Shown: positions 8,369 through 19,883, counted from the first letter of the stretch. The stretch: 64,000 bases of DNA from Planctomycetota bacterium (GCA_046290465.1 JBKAGP010000001.1:416001-480000), one strand, 5' to 3'. Notes: a model not told the origin generated them from the letters alone. Program-made: numbers and translations.

Positions 8369-11300
8369 TCGCGCAGCAGCTGCTCGAGCCGTTCGATCGC
8401 GCGCGTCGCCGGCTGGCCGTCGCCGGCCTCGAGTTCGGCGAGCGCCCACAGGAGCAGGTGGCGGCCGTCGTGCTGCGGCTCGGCCTCGGCGAAGTGCGGC
8501 AGCGAGGCCGCCGCGTCACCGCGACGCAGCGCGAACAGCGCCTGCACGTAGTGGCCGATCGGCGCGTCGCGCAGGGCGTCGGGCAGCTGCGCCAGCCGGT
8601 CGACGTCGGCCGTGGTCAGGTTGCGTTCGGCCGCCGACAGCGCGAAGAACGACAGCTCGGCGCGCGGGTCCTGCGCATGGCTCAGCACCGTGCGCATGCC
8701 GTCGAGCGCGCCGTCGATGCGCAGCCGCGTGCGCAGCCGCGTGCGCAGCGCCCACAGCGGCACCGACGTCGGATACTTCTCGAGCAGTTCGTCGACCCGC
8801 ACCGCCGCCTCGTCGAGAGAGACGCGCGCGACCAGCCGGTCGCTGCTGGCGCGCAGCAGGCTGCCGTCGTCGCGGCCGGTGGCGACCATCTCGAGGTGCT
8901 TCAGCAGCAGCGCCGGTTCGTCCACCGGCAGCTTGTCGCTGCGGTGCTCGAGCACGAAGTGCACGGCCGGGCCGAGCGCGCCGTCCTCTGCGAGGTGGCG
9001 CGTCGCGGCGGCCAGCAGCGCCGGCAGGCTCTTGGCATCGGCCGCCAGCGCCTTCGGGGCCAGCTCGTAGAACGCCGCCAGCAGCTGCTGACGGTCGCCG
9101 GCGTGCGGGCCCTGCAGGATCTGGTCGAGCACGAAGCAGGCCTGCGGTGCCGGGTGGCCGGTGGTGATCAGCTCGAGGTCGGCGTCGGTCCAAGGCTGCA
9201 GCCTGGCGCCGACGAGCCACTGCGCCAGCCGCGTCGTGCGGGCCATCTCCGGGAAGCCGCCGGCTTCAAAGCCGTGCACGATGCGTCGGGTGCCGTACAG
9301 CAAGGTCAGCTGCGAGCCGGCGGTGCCGCCGTTGGAGACGGCGTCCATCAGCTTCAGGTCGAGCTGCTTGCTCGGCTCGTAGGCCGGATCCTTGCCGGCG
9401 TAGGCGACCTCGCGCAGCAGCACCGGGTTGAGCAGCCCCGCCTTGAACAGCTCGTTGTGCAGCGCGCTGGCCGCGGGCGCCAGCCCGGCGTCGGCGGTCG
9501 CGCGCGCCAGCAGCAGGTAATGGGTCTGCTTGCTCGGGTCGGCGCGCAGCATTGCGTCGGCGCGCGGCAGCGTCAGCGACGCCAGCGCCGGATCGCGCAG
9601 GCCGCTGAGCAGCTCGAGCCGGCGGTTCTGCAGGTCGGGCTCGGTCGCCGCGACCCAGTCGACCAGCGAGAACTGGCCGAACGTCGCCAGCGTCGCGTGC
9701 ACCAGCAGGTCGGCCGGATCCTGCTTCAGCTGCTGCGCGACCAGCGCGGCGGCGATCGGGAAGTTGCCCATGCGCGCGGCGAGCGCCGGATCGGTCGGCG
9801 GGTCGACCAGCGCGTAGACCTTGCGGGCGCGTGCCTCGCGGCCCTGCAGCAGCAGCAGGCGCGCCAGCGGTTCGACGACGGCGACGCCGTCCTCGAAGCC
9901 GAGCGCGGCCAGCCAGCGGGCCTCGGCGCGCACCAGGTCGCCCTGGCGAGCGGCGAGCGTGCCGGCGAGGCCGTAGTGGCGGCCGTTGCGCTCGGCGGGC
10001 GACGCGGCCGGCAGCGCACGTTCGAGCAGGTCGAGCGCGGTCGCCGGGTGCTCGGCGGCCAGCTTCTGCGCGGCGTCGAGCAGCGGCTGCTGCGCGCCCT
10101 TGGCCAGGTCGAGCTGGTCGCGGATCGCCGCGGCCGCCGGCAGCAGCGCGGCGTCGTCGAGCTGCTCGCTGCGCGCGAGCACCCAGTCGGCGAACGCGCC
10201 GAGCAGCAGCAGGCGGTCGTCGTCGTCGGCCTGCGGCGGCGTCACGGCCAGCAGCTGCTCGGCGCGCTGCAGCTGGTCGTTGTGCACGAGCGCGCGGATC
10301 GCGAGCACGCGGGTGGCGGTCGGAGCGTCGTCGGCGAGCATCGACGGGTCGACGAACTGCGCCGCGGTCTGCGGTGCATCCTCGAGCGCGATGCGCAGCA
10401 GCTCGACCTGCAGGGTGTCGGTGCGCGGCACGCGCGGCATCGCGACGTGCACCAGCTGCCGCAGCGACTGTCGCGCGAGCCGCTTGGCCTCGATCGCCAG
10501 CGCCAGCGTGGCGGCGTCCGGAGTGATCGCGCGGATCGTCAGGTCAGCGGTCTTGGCGGCCTCGTCGTAGCGCTGCTGCGCGAGCAGCGCCCGTAGCTCG
10601 AGCTGGCGCGGCAGGTTGGCCTTGGGGAACGCGCCGATCGCCGCGCGCGCGTTGGTCAGCGCGATCCGCGCGGCCATGCCGCCGGGCTGGGTCAGCGCGG
10701 TCTGCGCGCACAGCACGAAGCCGATCGGGTCCTCCAGGTCTGGCACCGGCTTGCGGTTCTCGACGCACTGCGCGAACAGGTTGGGACCGCTCTGGCCGCT
10801 GTTCTCGTAGTGCTGCGCGGAGATCGCGACCCGCAGCGGGAACAGCCGCGGGTCGCCGGGCGTGATCTTGACGGCGTCGGCGAGGGCTGCCAGCGCCGCC
10901 GCGGTGCTGCCGCGCGTCTGCAGATACTGCGCCGTGCGCAGGTGGGGCTCGGCGTTCTCGGGGCGGCTGCGGCGCCAGCTCGCGAGCACCTGCTGCACCT
11001 CGCCTTCGGGGGCGTTGCGCGCCAGCATGCTGTCGAGCAGCACCGGCTGGAACTCGGCGACGAGGTCGGGGCGATCGAGCGGCGCCGGTTGCTGCAGCGG
11101 CACGCGCAGCAGCTGCTGCACGATGCGTTCGGTCTGCTCCGGATCGGGGGCTACCTGCAGCGCGCGCCGCACGGTGTTGAGCGCCGGGCCGCCGAGCGAC
11201 ACGTTGACCCCGTGCTCGCGCAGCTTCGCGACCAGCCTGCCGGTCGCGGCGAGCGTGTCCTTGTCGCGCAGCCGCCAGTTGCCGATCGCGCGCGCCAGCG

Positions 11301-12294
11301 CCAGCTCGGCGGCCGCCTGGCCGAGCTTGCCGTCGGCGGCGCGCTGCGGCACCTCCTCGGCGGTCAGCCAGCGGTCGACGGTCGCCAGTGCGGCGCGCGG
11401 CAGGCCGGCCTGGATGCGTGCCCACGCCGCCCATGCGCCGCTCTCGGGCACGTAGGCGTGGTCGAACATGCGGCGCTGGATCTCGCACGCGAGCAGCAGG
11501 TCGTCGATGCGTCCCGACTGCTCGAACGCGGTCGCCATCGCCCGGAACGCGACCACCGGCTCGCCGCCGAGGTCGAGGCTGCGCTGGAAGAACGACAGGC
11601 CTTCCTGGATCCGCTTGCGCAGCGAACGCGCCTGCGCAGAGACATCGGGCCAGGCCGCCATCAGGCGCGGCTCGGTCTCGAACATCTGCTCCAGCCTGCT
11701 GGCGGCGCGTTCGATCTCCGGGTCGCCGTCGGGGCGGTAGAGATAGGCGAGCAGCGACTTGCGCGACGCCTCGCGACGGCTCTGGCCGAGCTCGCGTTCG
11801 AGCGTGACCTGCAGGTCACGCAGCAGCGGCTGGTAGACGGTCTGGCAGGCCTCGCCGGTCAGCTCGAGCGCGCGGCTGTGCTCGGGGTGGGCCTCGACGA
11901 ACGCGCGGCCGCGCAGCCGCGCCTGTTCGCCCTGGCCGGCGCGCGCCAGCAGGCGGACCTCGTCGAGCAGCAGGTCCTCGTCGTCGGGGTGGCCGTTCTG
12001 CAGCAGCCGGCGCACGTCGTCGAGCGCGCCCGCCGGGTTGTCGAGGCGGGAGTGCGCCGCGTAGCGCAGCCGCCACAGCTGCTCGCGCAGGTCGGGCGAG
12101 TTGGCGATGCCGGCGCCGCGCTCGGCGAGGTCGAGGTCGGCGATGACCTCGCCGTAGTTGCCGGCGGCGAAGTTGGCGCGCGCCCGCGCCAGCGCGTTCT
12201 CCGGACCGCCGAGGCGGAGCACCGCGTAGCCGACGATGGCGCCGAGCGTCAGCAGTGCGCAGACGACGAGGATCTGGAGGCTCTTCTGGAACAT
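8305..12294 (-). CDS. Large (1329 aa) N-terminally anchored TPR/alpha-solenoid protein
   Basis: N-terminal hydrophobic helix, repeated Ala/Leu-rich TPR-like helices, ends in LLRDYPSS (outer-membrane/periplasmic TPR-like). Confidence 0.75.
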   Translation of the reverse strand: MFQKSLQILVVCALLTLGAIVGYAVLRLGGPENALARARANFAAGNYGEVIADLDLAERGAGIANSPDLREQLWRLRYAAHSRLDNPAGALDDVRRLLQNGHPDDEDLLLDEVRLLARAGQGEQARLRGRAFVEAHPEHSRALELTGEACQTVYQPLLRDLQVTLERELGQSRREASRKSLLAYLYRPDGDPEIERAASRLEQMFETEPRLMAAWPDVSAQARSLRKRIQEGLSFFQRSLDLGGEPVVAFRAMATAFEQSGRIDDLLLACEIQRRMFDHAYVPESGAWAAWARIQAGLPRAALATVDRWLTAEEVPQRAADGKLGQAAAELALARAIGNWRLRDKDTLAATGRLVAKLREHGVNVSLGGPALNTVRRALQVAPDPEQTERIVQQLLRVPLQQPAPLDRPDLVAEFQPVLLDSMLARNAPEGEVQQVLASWRRSRPENAEPHLRTAQYLQTRGSTAAALAALADAVKITPGDPRLFPLRVAISAQHYENSGQSGPNLFAQCVENRKPVPDLEDPIGFVLCAQTALTQPGGMAARIALTNARAAIGAFPKANLPRQLELRALLAQQRYDEAAKTADLTIRAITPDAATLALAIEAKRLARQSLRQLVHVAMPRVPRTDTLQVELLRIALEDAPQTAAQFVDPSMLADDAPTATRVLAIRALVHNDQLQRAEQLLAVTPPQADDDDRLLLLGAFADWVLARSEQLDDAALLPAAAAIRDQLDLAKGAQQPLLDAAQKLAAEHPATALDLLERALPAASPAERNGRHYGLAGTLAARQGDLVRAEARWLAALGFEDGVAVVEPLARLLLLQGREARARKVYALVDPPTDPALAARMGNFPIAAALVAQQLKQDPADLLVHATLATFGQFSLVDWVAATEPDLQNRRLELLSGLRDPALASLTLPRADAMLRADPSKQTHYLLLARATADAGLAPAASALHNELFKAGLLNPVLLREVAYAGKDPAYEPSKQLDLKLMDAVSNGGTAGSQLTLLYGTRRIVHGFEAGGFPEMARTTRLAQWLVGARLQPWTDADLELITTGHPAPQACFVLDQILQGPHAGDRQQLLAAFYELAPKALAADAKSLPALLAAATRHLAEDGALGPAVHFVLEHRSDKLPVDEPALLLKHLEMVATGRDDGSLLRASSDRLVARVSLDEAAVRVDELLEKYPTSVPLWALRTRLRTRLRIDGALDGMRTVLSHAQDPRAELSFFALSAAERNLTTADVDRLAQLPDALRDAPIGHYVQALFALRRGDAAASLPHFAEAEPQHDGRHLLLWALAELEAGDGQPATRAIERLEQLLRDYPSSSLARYAGSFVRQLSPR

Positions 12295-12305
12295 GCCGTG
12301 GCTTC

Positions 12306-12333
12306 GTTATAGCCCCGCGGCGACGGCTTGCAC
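12306..12333 (-). promoter_or_regulatory. Putative sigma70 promoter of the TPR gene
   Basis: Minus strand GTGCAA-N16-TATAAC, 11 nt upstream of ATG12294. Confidence 0.4.
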
Positions 12334-12335
12334 CA

Positions 12336-13712
<1,377 letters not shown>

Positions 13713-13849
13713 GTCGGTGGTGGTCCTGGCGCGGCGACGGTCGCACGGATGCGACGCCAGGGTCCTCATCGGCAGACGGGGTGGGACCTCTTCAGTGCAG
13801 GACGGGCGGTGCAGCTGGAGGCGCGATGCCGTAGCCTCGCCGCGCCCGC

Positions 13850-14788
13850 ATGTCCTGGCTCCGCCCCAAACACCTGCTGCCGACGCCAGATGCGTCCGTC
13901 GAACGGCTCGGCGACGTGCTCGCCGAGGTGCGCCGGGTCGAGGTGCGCACCTCGCGCATGATCACCGACGTGCTGTCGGGCGGCTACCGGTCGACGTTCC
14001 GGGGGCTCGGGGTCGAGTTCTCGGAGGTGCGCGAATACGTCGAGGGCGACGACCCGCGCTCGGTCGACTGGAACGTCACCGCGCGGGTCGGCCGGCCGTT
14101 CGTCAAGCGGTTCGTCGAGGAGCGCGAGCGCACGCTGGTGTTCGTGCCGGACCTGGCGACGACGATGGCGCACGGCCTCGGCGCCTGGTCGCTGCGGCAG
14201 GTGGCGTCGCGGTACTGCGCGATGCTCGGGCTGATGGCGATCGACAACCACGACCGGGTCGGCATGGTCGCCGGCGAGCGGTTCGTACTGCCGCAGCCGG
14301 GCGGCGGCCACGTGCTGCGCGTGGTCGACGACTGCGTGCGGCTGCCGTTCGAGCCACCGGGCCGCCTCGGCGAACGGATCGCGACGGCCACCGCGCGGGT
14401 GCGTCGGCGTGCGGTCGTGTTCGTGCTGTCGGACTTCCTGACGACGGGCTACGAACACGCGCTGTCGCTGGCCGGCCGTCGCCACGACGTCGTCGCGGTG
14501 CGGCTGCTGCCGCGCGAGCTGGTCGAGCCGCCGCGCCGCCTGCTGCGCGCGTTCGCGCCGGCCTCGGCGGGCGGCGGCGGGGGCGGCGAGCAGCTGTGCG
14601 ATTTCGCCGACGACGGCGTGCGCCGCGCTTGGGCCGAACGGATCGCCATCTGGCGCGCGCACCACGACGACGTGCTCGGGCGCGCCGGCATCGACGGCAT
14701 CGACGTCGAGGTGCCGGTCGAGCCCGACATCCGCGCGCTGGCGGCGCCGCTGCTGCGGTTCTTCCGCCGCCGGGAGGCGCGGCGGTGA
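13850..14788 (+). CDS. DUF58 domain protein (MoxR/Bat-associated)
   Basis: FRGLGVEFSEVREYVEGDDPRSVDWNVTAR, VKRFVEERE, SDF. Confidence 0.93.
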   Translation: MSWLRPKHLLPTPDASVERLGDVLAEVRRVEVRTSRMITDVLSGGYRSTFRGLGVEFSEVREYVEGDDPRSVDWNVTARVGRPFVKRFVEERERTLVFVPDLATTMAHGLGAWSLRQVASRYCAMLGLMAIDNHDRVGMVAGERFVLPQPGGGHVLRVVDDCVRLPFEPPGRLGERIATATARVRRRAVVFVLSDFLTTGYEHALSLAGRRHDVVAVRLLPRELVEPPRRLLRAFAPASAGGGGGGEQLCDFADDGVRRAWAERIAIWRAHHDDVLGRAGIDGIDVEVPVEPDIRALAAPLLRFFRRREARR

Positions 14789-15585
14789 CGGCGCGGCGGT
14801 TGCTGGCCTGCTGGTGGGGCTGCTGGTGGGCCTGCTGCTGGGTCTGCTTGCTGGGCACGGCGGCGACGGCCCAGGCCGTGACGATGCCCGAACAGGTGCG
14901 CTTCGGCGACGCGTTCGAGGTCGTCGTCGAGTCCGAGCGCGCGTTCGACGAGGCGACGCTGCTGCCGCTCGAGGTCGAGGTGGTCGAACGGCGGCCGAGC
15001 GGTGCCGGCGAGGTGGTGCGCCTGCGCGCGCGCTGCTACGAACTCGGCGAGGTGACGCTGCCGCTGGATCCGCCGCGCACGCTGGCGGTCGCGACCAGCC
15101 TGCCGCAGCCGCCCGGCGAACTCGAGTGGCCGGCCAACGGCTACCAACTGGTCGGCGCGCCGCCGTCACGCTGGCTGATCGCCGGCCTGACCGCGCTGAC
15201 GATCGTGTTCGGCTACGGCTGGTGGCGGTGGTTCGCGCGCCGGCTCGCCGCGAAGGCCGAACCGACCGCAGCGCCGGTCCGCAGCTGGAGCGCCGTCGCC
15301 GCGCTGCAGGCGCTCGAGGTCGGCGACGGCGACGCCGACGCGTTCTTCCTGCGGCTCAAGGCGATCGTGCGGCGCCACTGCGCCGAGCGCTTCGGGATGC
15401 CGGCCGACGTGCGCACCAGCGAGGAGCTGCTGGTGGCGCTGCCGCGGCTGCGCGAGCGGCTGTCGCCGTGCCTGCAGGGCTGCGACCTGGCGCTGTTCGG
15501 GCCGCTGCCGCCGGCCGCCGAGGCGCGCGAACGGTCGCGCGGCCACGCGCTCGCGTTCGTGCAGGCATCGGAGGAGGGGGCGTGA
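14785..15585 (+). CDS. Bat-operon membrane protein (DUF4381-like), signal peptide plus TM
   Basis: GTGA overlap at 14785; signal-like N-terminus, central TM, RTSEELL motif. Confidence 0.7.
   Translation: MTARRLLACWWGCWWACCWVCLLGTAATAQAVTMPEQVRFGDAFEVVVESERAFDEATLLPLEVEVVERRPSGAGEVVRLRARCYELGEVTLPLDPPRTLAVATSLPQPPGELEWPANGYQLVGAPPSRWLIAGLTALTIVFGYGWWRWFARRLAAKAEPTAAPVRSWSAVAALQALEVGDGDADAFFLRLKAIVRRHCAERFGMPADVRTSEELLVALPRLRERLSPCLQGCDLALFGPLPPAAEARERSRGHALAFVQASEEGA
14806..14853 (+). repeat. 4 x 12-bp degenerate tandem repeat encoding ACWW GCWW ACCW VCLL
   Basis: gcctgctggtgg ggctgctggtgg gcctgctgctgg gtctgcttgctg. Confidence 0.7.
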
Positions 15586-16583
15586 TCGCCGTCGTCGAGA
15601 CCGGCCTGCAGTGGCGCGAACCGCTGGCGTTCTGCCTGCTGGCGCTGGTCGCGGTCGCGCTGCTGGTCCGCTGCCGGCAGCGCGTCGGCGTCGCATTTGC
15701 GGCGATGCCGCTGCTGCCCGGCGACGACGCGCGGCTGCCGAGGACCTGGCGCGGCCGGCTGGCGCTGCTGCCGCTGCTGCTCGAAGGCCTGGCGCTGCTG
15801 GCCCTGGTGCTGGCACTGGCGCGGCCGGTGCAGGTCGAGGCCGAACCGCCGGCGCGGCTCGGTCGCGACGTGCTGCTGTGCTTCGATCGGTCGTCGTCGA
15901 TGGCCGCCACCGACCTCGATCCGCAGCAGAGCCGGCTGCAGGTCGGCCGGCAGCTGGCCGCGGAGTTCCTCGCGGGCCGTCGCGACGACCGGCTCGGCAT
16001 CGTCACGTTCGCGCGGTTCGCCGACCTGGTCTGCCCGCCGACCGCCGACCGCGCGACGGTCACCGAACTGCTGCAGCGCGTGCAGCTGGTCGACGCCGAA
16101 GGCCCCGAGGACGCCACCGCGATCGGCGCGGCGGTCGGCATGGCGGCCAACCTGCTGCAGCGCTCGGACGCGGCCGGCCGCGTGATCGTGCTGTTGACCG
16201 ACGGCGAGGAGAACGTCGCCGCGTTCGGCGCGCCCGACCAGATCGCGCCGCTGCACGCCGGCCAGTGGTGCCGCGACCACGGCATCCGCGTGCACACGAT
16301 CGCGATCGGTCGCGGCGAGCAGGCGGCCGACGGCAGCTGGCGGCCGCTCGACACGACCGCGATCCAGCAGCTCGCCAAGATCAGCGGCGGACGGTTCTTC
16401 GCCGCGCCCGAGCAGCGCACGCTGCGCGCCGTCTACGACGAGATCGACCGGCTCGAGGCGGTGCAGTTCGCCGAGCCCGGGGTGCGCGTGACCGAGTGGT
16501 TCGCGGTGCCGATCCTGCTGGGGCTGGCGCTGCTGGGCTTCGCGCACGCGCTGCGTCCGGCCGGCACCGGAGGTGCGGCATGA
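15582..16583 (+). CDS. VWA domain protein, BatA-like
   Basis: GTG15582 after GGAGG; LARP, MIDAS DRSSSM, ATAIG, LLTDGEEN, C-terminal TM. Confidence 0.9.
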   Translation: MIAVVETGLQWREPLAFCLLALVAVALLVRCRQRVGVAFAAMPLLPGDDARLPRTWRGRLALLPLLLEGLALLALVLALARPVQVEAEPPARLGRDVLLCFDRSSSMAATDLDPQQSRLQVGRQLAAEFLAGRRDDRLGIVTFARFADLVCPPTADRATVTELLQRVQLVDAEGPEDATAIGAAVGMAANLLQRSDAAGRVIVLLTDGEENVAAFGAPDQIAPLHAGQWCRDHGIRVHTIAIGRGEQAADGSWRPLDTTAIQQLAKISGGRFFAAPEQRTLRAVYDEIDRLEAVQFAEPGVRVTEWFAVPILLGLALLGFAHALRPAGTGGAA

Positions 16584-17560
16584 ACGTCTGGACGCTGCAG
16601 CCGCCGAGCTGGTGGCCGGCGCTGCTGGCCCTGCCGCTGCTGCTGTGGGCGGGCTACCTCTGGCGCCGCCGCGCGCTCGCGGCGCTGCGCCGCGACTACG
16701 GCGGCCGCGAGCACGCGCTGCTCGGCCGGCCGGTGTTCGGCGCCGCGCGCGGCGCCTGCGTCGTGGCGGCCGTTGCAGCCGGTGCGCTGGCGCTGCTGCG
16801 TCCGGTCGCGCCAGGGCGCGAGGCCCAGCTGGCGCCCGATGTCGTGCTGTGTGTCGACGTGTCGCGCTCGATGGCCGCCGACGACGTCGCGCCGAGCCGC
16901 TTCGAGGCGATGCGCGCGCAGGTCCAGACGCTGCTCGACGCCGCGGTCGGCTCGCGCTTCGCGCTGGTGGCGTTCGCCGGCGACGCGCAGGTGGTGGCGC
17001 CGCTGACCGCCGATCGCGACGCGATCGCGTGGCTGCTCGCGGAGCTCGAGCCGGGCGCGATCGGGCTCGGCGGCACGAACCTCGGCGAGGCCCTGCGCGT
17101 CGCGCAGGGCGCGCTCGAACGGGTCGGGGCGGTCGGCGAACTGCTGCTGCTGACCGACGGCGAGGACTTCGGCGACGACGCCGCGCGCGCGGCCGAGGCC
17201 GCCGCCGGCGCCGGCCATCGCGTGCAGGCGGTCGGCTACGGCAGCCCTGCGGGCAGCAAGATCGTGGTCGAGCAGGACGGCGAGCAGACCTTCCTGGTCG
17301 ACGAGCGCGGCCAGGACGTGATCACCCGCCTCGACGTCGTCGGGCTGTCCGCGGTCGCCGCGGCGGGCGACGGCACGCTGTGGCGCGGCGGCGAACCGGA
17401 CGCGCTGCTGCGCCGTTGGCGCGACGAGCTGGTGCCGTTCGCGGCGCGTCGCCGGCTTGCCGCCGGCGACGCCGACGTGGTGCAGCGCTTCGCCTGGCCC
17501 TTGCTCGCGGGCCTGCTGCTGTTGATGCTGCGCATGTGCCTGCCGGAGCGACGTCGATGA
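16580..17560 (+). CDS. VWA domain protein, BatB-like
   Basis: ATGA overlap; DVSRSM, PSRF, FAGDA, GTNLG, LLTDGEDF. Confidence 0.9.
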   Translation: MNVWTLQPPSWWPALLALPLLLWAGYLWRRRALAALRRDYGGREHALLGRPVFGAARGACVVAAVAAGALALLRPVAPGREAQLAPDVVLCVDVSRSMAADDVAPSRFEAMRAQVQTLLDAAVGSRFALVAFAGDAQVVAPLTADRDAIAWLLAELEPGAIGLGGTNLGEALRVAQGALERVGAVGELLLLTDGEDFGDDAARAAEAAAGAGHRVQAVGYGSPAGSKIVVEQDGEQTFLVDERGQDVITRLDVVGLSAVAAAGDGTLWRGGEPDALLRRWRDELVPFAARRRLAAGDADVVQRFAWPLLAGLLLLMLRMCLPERRR

Positions 17561-18294
17561 AGCGGTGCTGGATGATGCTCGCGGCGCTGCTGCTGATGGC
17601 GCCGCAGACCCGCCCGGAGGTCGACGCCACGGCCTTCAGAGCGGCGCTCGCGGACTACCGCGCCGGCGAGCACGAGCGCGCGTTCGACGCATTCTCGGCG
17701 ATGGTGGCGCAGTCCGACCTGCCGCGGGCGCGGCTCAACGCGGCGCTGTGCGCGCTGCAGCTGTTGCGCAGCCGCGACGCCGAGGAGCTGGTGGCGCCGC
17801 TGACCGAGGTCGACGGGGTTCGCGCCGATGCGGCGTTCGTGCTGGGCATGGCGGCGCGCCAGCACGGCGAACGGGCGGTGGTGGCGGCGAAGCTGCCCGA
17901 CGCCGAGCCGATGGCCTGGGTGATGGCCAGCCGCGCGATGCAGCGCAGCGAGCTGCAGTTCCGCGAGGCGGTGCGACGTCGGCCGGACTGGCCGGAGGCG
18001 GTGCGCAACCTCGAGCGCACGCTGCGTCGCCGCGCCGAGGTCGAGGCCGAGCGCGAGGCGGCCAAGCCCAAGGAGTCCAAGAAGGAGGAGGCGCCGGAGC
18101 CCGAACCGCAGCCGGAGCCGCCGAAGCCGGACCAGCCGCCGGAGGTCGTGATCCCCGAGGTCGCGAACGCCGAGCTGTCGGCGCAGGAACTGGAGAAGCT
18201 GCAGCAGCGCGTGCGCGCGCAGCAGCGACAGAAGGTGCGCGGCCGCCAGCAGCGGTCGCGCGAGAACCGCAGCACACGAGGACGGGACTGGTGA
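17557..18294 (+). CDS. BatC-like TPR protein
   Basis: ATGA overlap; signal peptide, TPR-like helices, AVRNLE, Pro/Glu-rich linker, ends RDW as BatC proteins do. Confidence 0.8.
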   Translation: MKRCWMMLAALLLMAPQTRPEVDATAFRAALADYRAGEHERAFDAFSAMVAQSDLPRARLNAALCALQLLRSRDAEELVAPLTEVDGVRADAAFVLGMAARQHGERAVVAAKLPDAEPMAWVMASRAMQRSELQFREAVRRRPDWPEAVRNLERTLRRRAEVEAEREAAKPKESKKEEAPEPEPQPEPPKPDQPPEVVIPEVANAELSAQELEKLQQRVRAQQRQKVRGRQQRSRENRSTRGRDW

Positions 18295-19628
18295 TCGCGA
18301 GAGGTTGGATCTGGCTCTTCCTGGCCGCGGCGCTGGGCGCGCAGGAGCGCTGCTACGTGCAGGTCGACGCGGTCGAGCAGGCGTTCGTGCAGCAGCCGGT
18401 GGTCGTCTCGGTGACGATCGGCTGGGACCGCGCCTGGTTCGAACAGCACGGCGTCGCGCTGATCCGGCAGCCGACCGATGCGCCGGTGCACGTCGACCTG
18501 CCGTGGCTGCGCGCCGCGCCGGAGCGGGCGGTGACGTTCTCCCCGGTGGGGGACGACGAGCTGGCGGCGACCGTCGCGGTCGGCGACCGCATGGTCGCGG
18601 CGACGGCGCTCGGCGACGAGCAGCGCGATGGCACCACCTACGCGCGCGTGCAGCTGCGCTGCCGCTGGCTGCCGCTGACGGCCGGCGTGCAGGCGATCGA
18701 CCCAGTGCGCGTGCGCTACGCCTACGCGACCAGGTTCCGCGAGCACCTGCTGCGCGGTCGCGAGCCGGTCGACCGGCAGGACGGCGAGGTGCGCAGCGAG
18801 CCGCGCACGCTGGAGGTGCGACGGCTGGTCGGGGATGCGCCCGACGACTACACCGGTGCCGTCGGCGACTTCGACGTCGAGGTCACCAGCGGCGGCCAGC
18901 AGGTGCACGTCGGCGAGACGTTCCAGGTCGAGATGTTCGTGGTCGGCGACGGCAACCTCGAGCGCTTCCGCAAGCCGCAGCGCGTCGCGCTGGACGGCTT
19001 CCACGTGCAGGGCGTGGTCGAGCGCGAACGGGACGGCGGCCGCGTGTTCGTGTTCGACGTGGTGGCGCTGCGCGAGGGCATGACCGAACTCGCCGGCCTG
19101 TCGCTGGTCAGCTACGCGCCGGAGCAGCGCGCGTTCGTGCGGCTGGGCGGCGAGCCGGTGCCGGTGCGCGTGCTGCCGCGCCGCGAAGGCGTCGAGCTCG
19201 CCGAGGGCATCGAGGAGCTGATCCGCGAGGACGCGCTGCGGCGCGATCCGGGCTCCTGGTGGCTGCGCTGGCTGTTCGTCGGCCTCGCCATCGGAGGCCT
19301 GGTCGTGCACCGCTTCGGCCAGACCCGGCGCCGCCGCCGTCGCCTGGACGCCGGCATGAACGACCTGCGGCTGGCGCTCGGCAGCGGCGACGCTGCCCGT
19401 TCGGCCGCTGCGTTCGAGGCGCTGCTCGCCCGCGTCGGCGGCGGCGACACCTTCGCCGTCCCGATCGTCTGGGAATCGCTGCACAAGCGCGGCGTCGCCC
19501 CCGAAGGGATGATCCGCCTCAAGGAGTTGCACGCCGCGCTGGACCAGGCCCGCTTCGGCGGCCCGATGCCCGACCCCACCGACGTCCTCGCCGCCGCCGA
19601 AACCCTGCGCCAAGCCGCCCGCCCCTGA
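18291..19628 (+). CDS. BatD-like protein
   Basis: GTGA overlap; signal peptide, YTGAVGDF, GDGNL, C-terminal TM. Confidence 0.8.
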   Translation: MIARGWIWLFLAAALGAQERCYVQVDAVEQAFVQQPVVVSVTIGWDRAWFEQHGVALIRQPTDAPVHVDLPWLRAAPERAVTFSPVGDDELAATVAVGDRMVAATALGDEQRDGTTYARVQLRCRWLPLTAGVQAIDPVRVRYAYATRFREHLLRGREPVDRQDGEVRSEPRTLEVRRLVGDAPDDYTGAVGDFDVEVTSGGQQVHVGETFQVEMFVVGDGNLERFRKPQRVALDGFHVQGVVERERDGGRVFVFDVVALREGMTELAGLSLVSYAPEQRAFVRLGGEPVPVRVLPRREGVELAEGIEELIREDALRRDPGSWWLRWLFVGLAIGGLVVHRFGQTRRRRRRLDAGMNDLRLALGSGDAARSAAAFEALLARVGGGDTFAVPIVWESLHKRGVAPEGMIRLKELHAALDQARFGGPMPDPTDVLAAAETLRQAARP

Positions 19629-19797
19629 CCGTTCGGTTACGTCTGGTTCCGGGAGCCGATCATGCGGACCGGTCGATGCGACGCGAACGGAGCCGCCAGG
19701 ATCGACGTCGCAGCGGCATCTCGATGCGGGTCGTTCCTCGCAAGCGAAGGGTGGGGTGGACCTTGCTGATGCGGTACGCTCGCGACGCCGGCCCTGA

Positions 19798-19883
19798 GCG
19801 GGGGTGGCGGAATTGGCATACGCAGCGGCCTTAAAAGCCGCGGGCCGGTAACGGTCGTGCGGGTTCGAACCCCGCCCCCCGCA
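19798..19883 (+). tRNA. tRNA-Leu(TAA), CCA not encoded
   Basis: Acceptor GCGGGGG/CCCCCGC, D-loop AATTGGCATA, anticodon stem GCGGC-CTTAAAA-GCCGC, long variable arm, T-arm GCGGG-TTCGAAC-CCCGC. Confidence 0.95.

Noticed and set aside
396..10596. Very long Arg/Ala/Pro-rich ORFs and N-terminal extensions in the track (e.g. 396..3572, 1580..4747, 4329..7469, 7417..10596)
   Set aside because: Stop-poor shadow frames caused by high GC; real genes begin at internal ATG/GTG codons overlapping the previous stop. The same applies throughout the window.
13713..13849. Sigma54 (-24/-12) promoter beside the sigma54 regulator
   Set aside because: The TGGC candidates on both strands lack GG-N10-GC spacing; only a small GTCGCA/TGCGAC hairpin is present.
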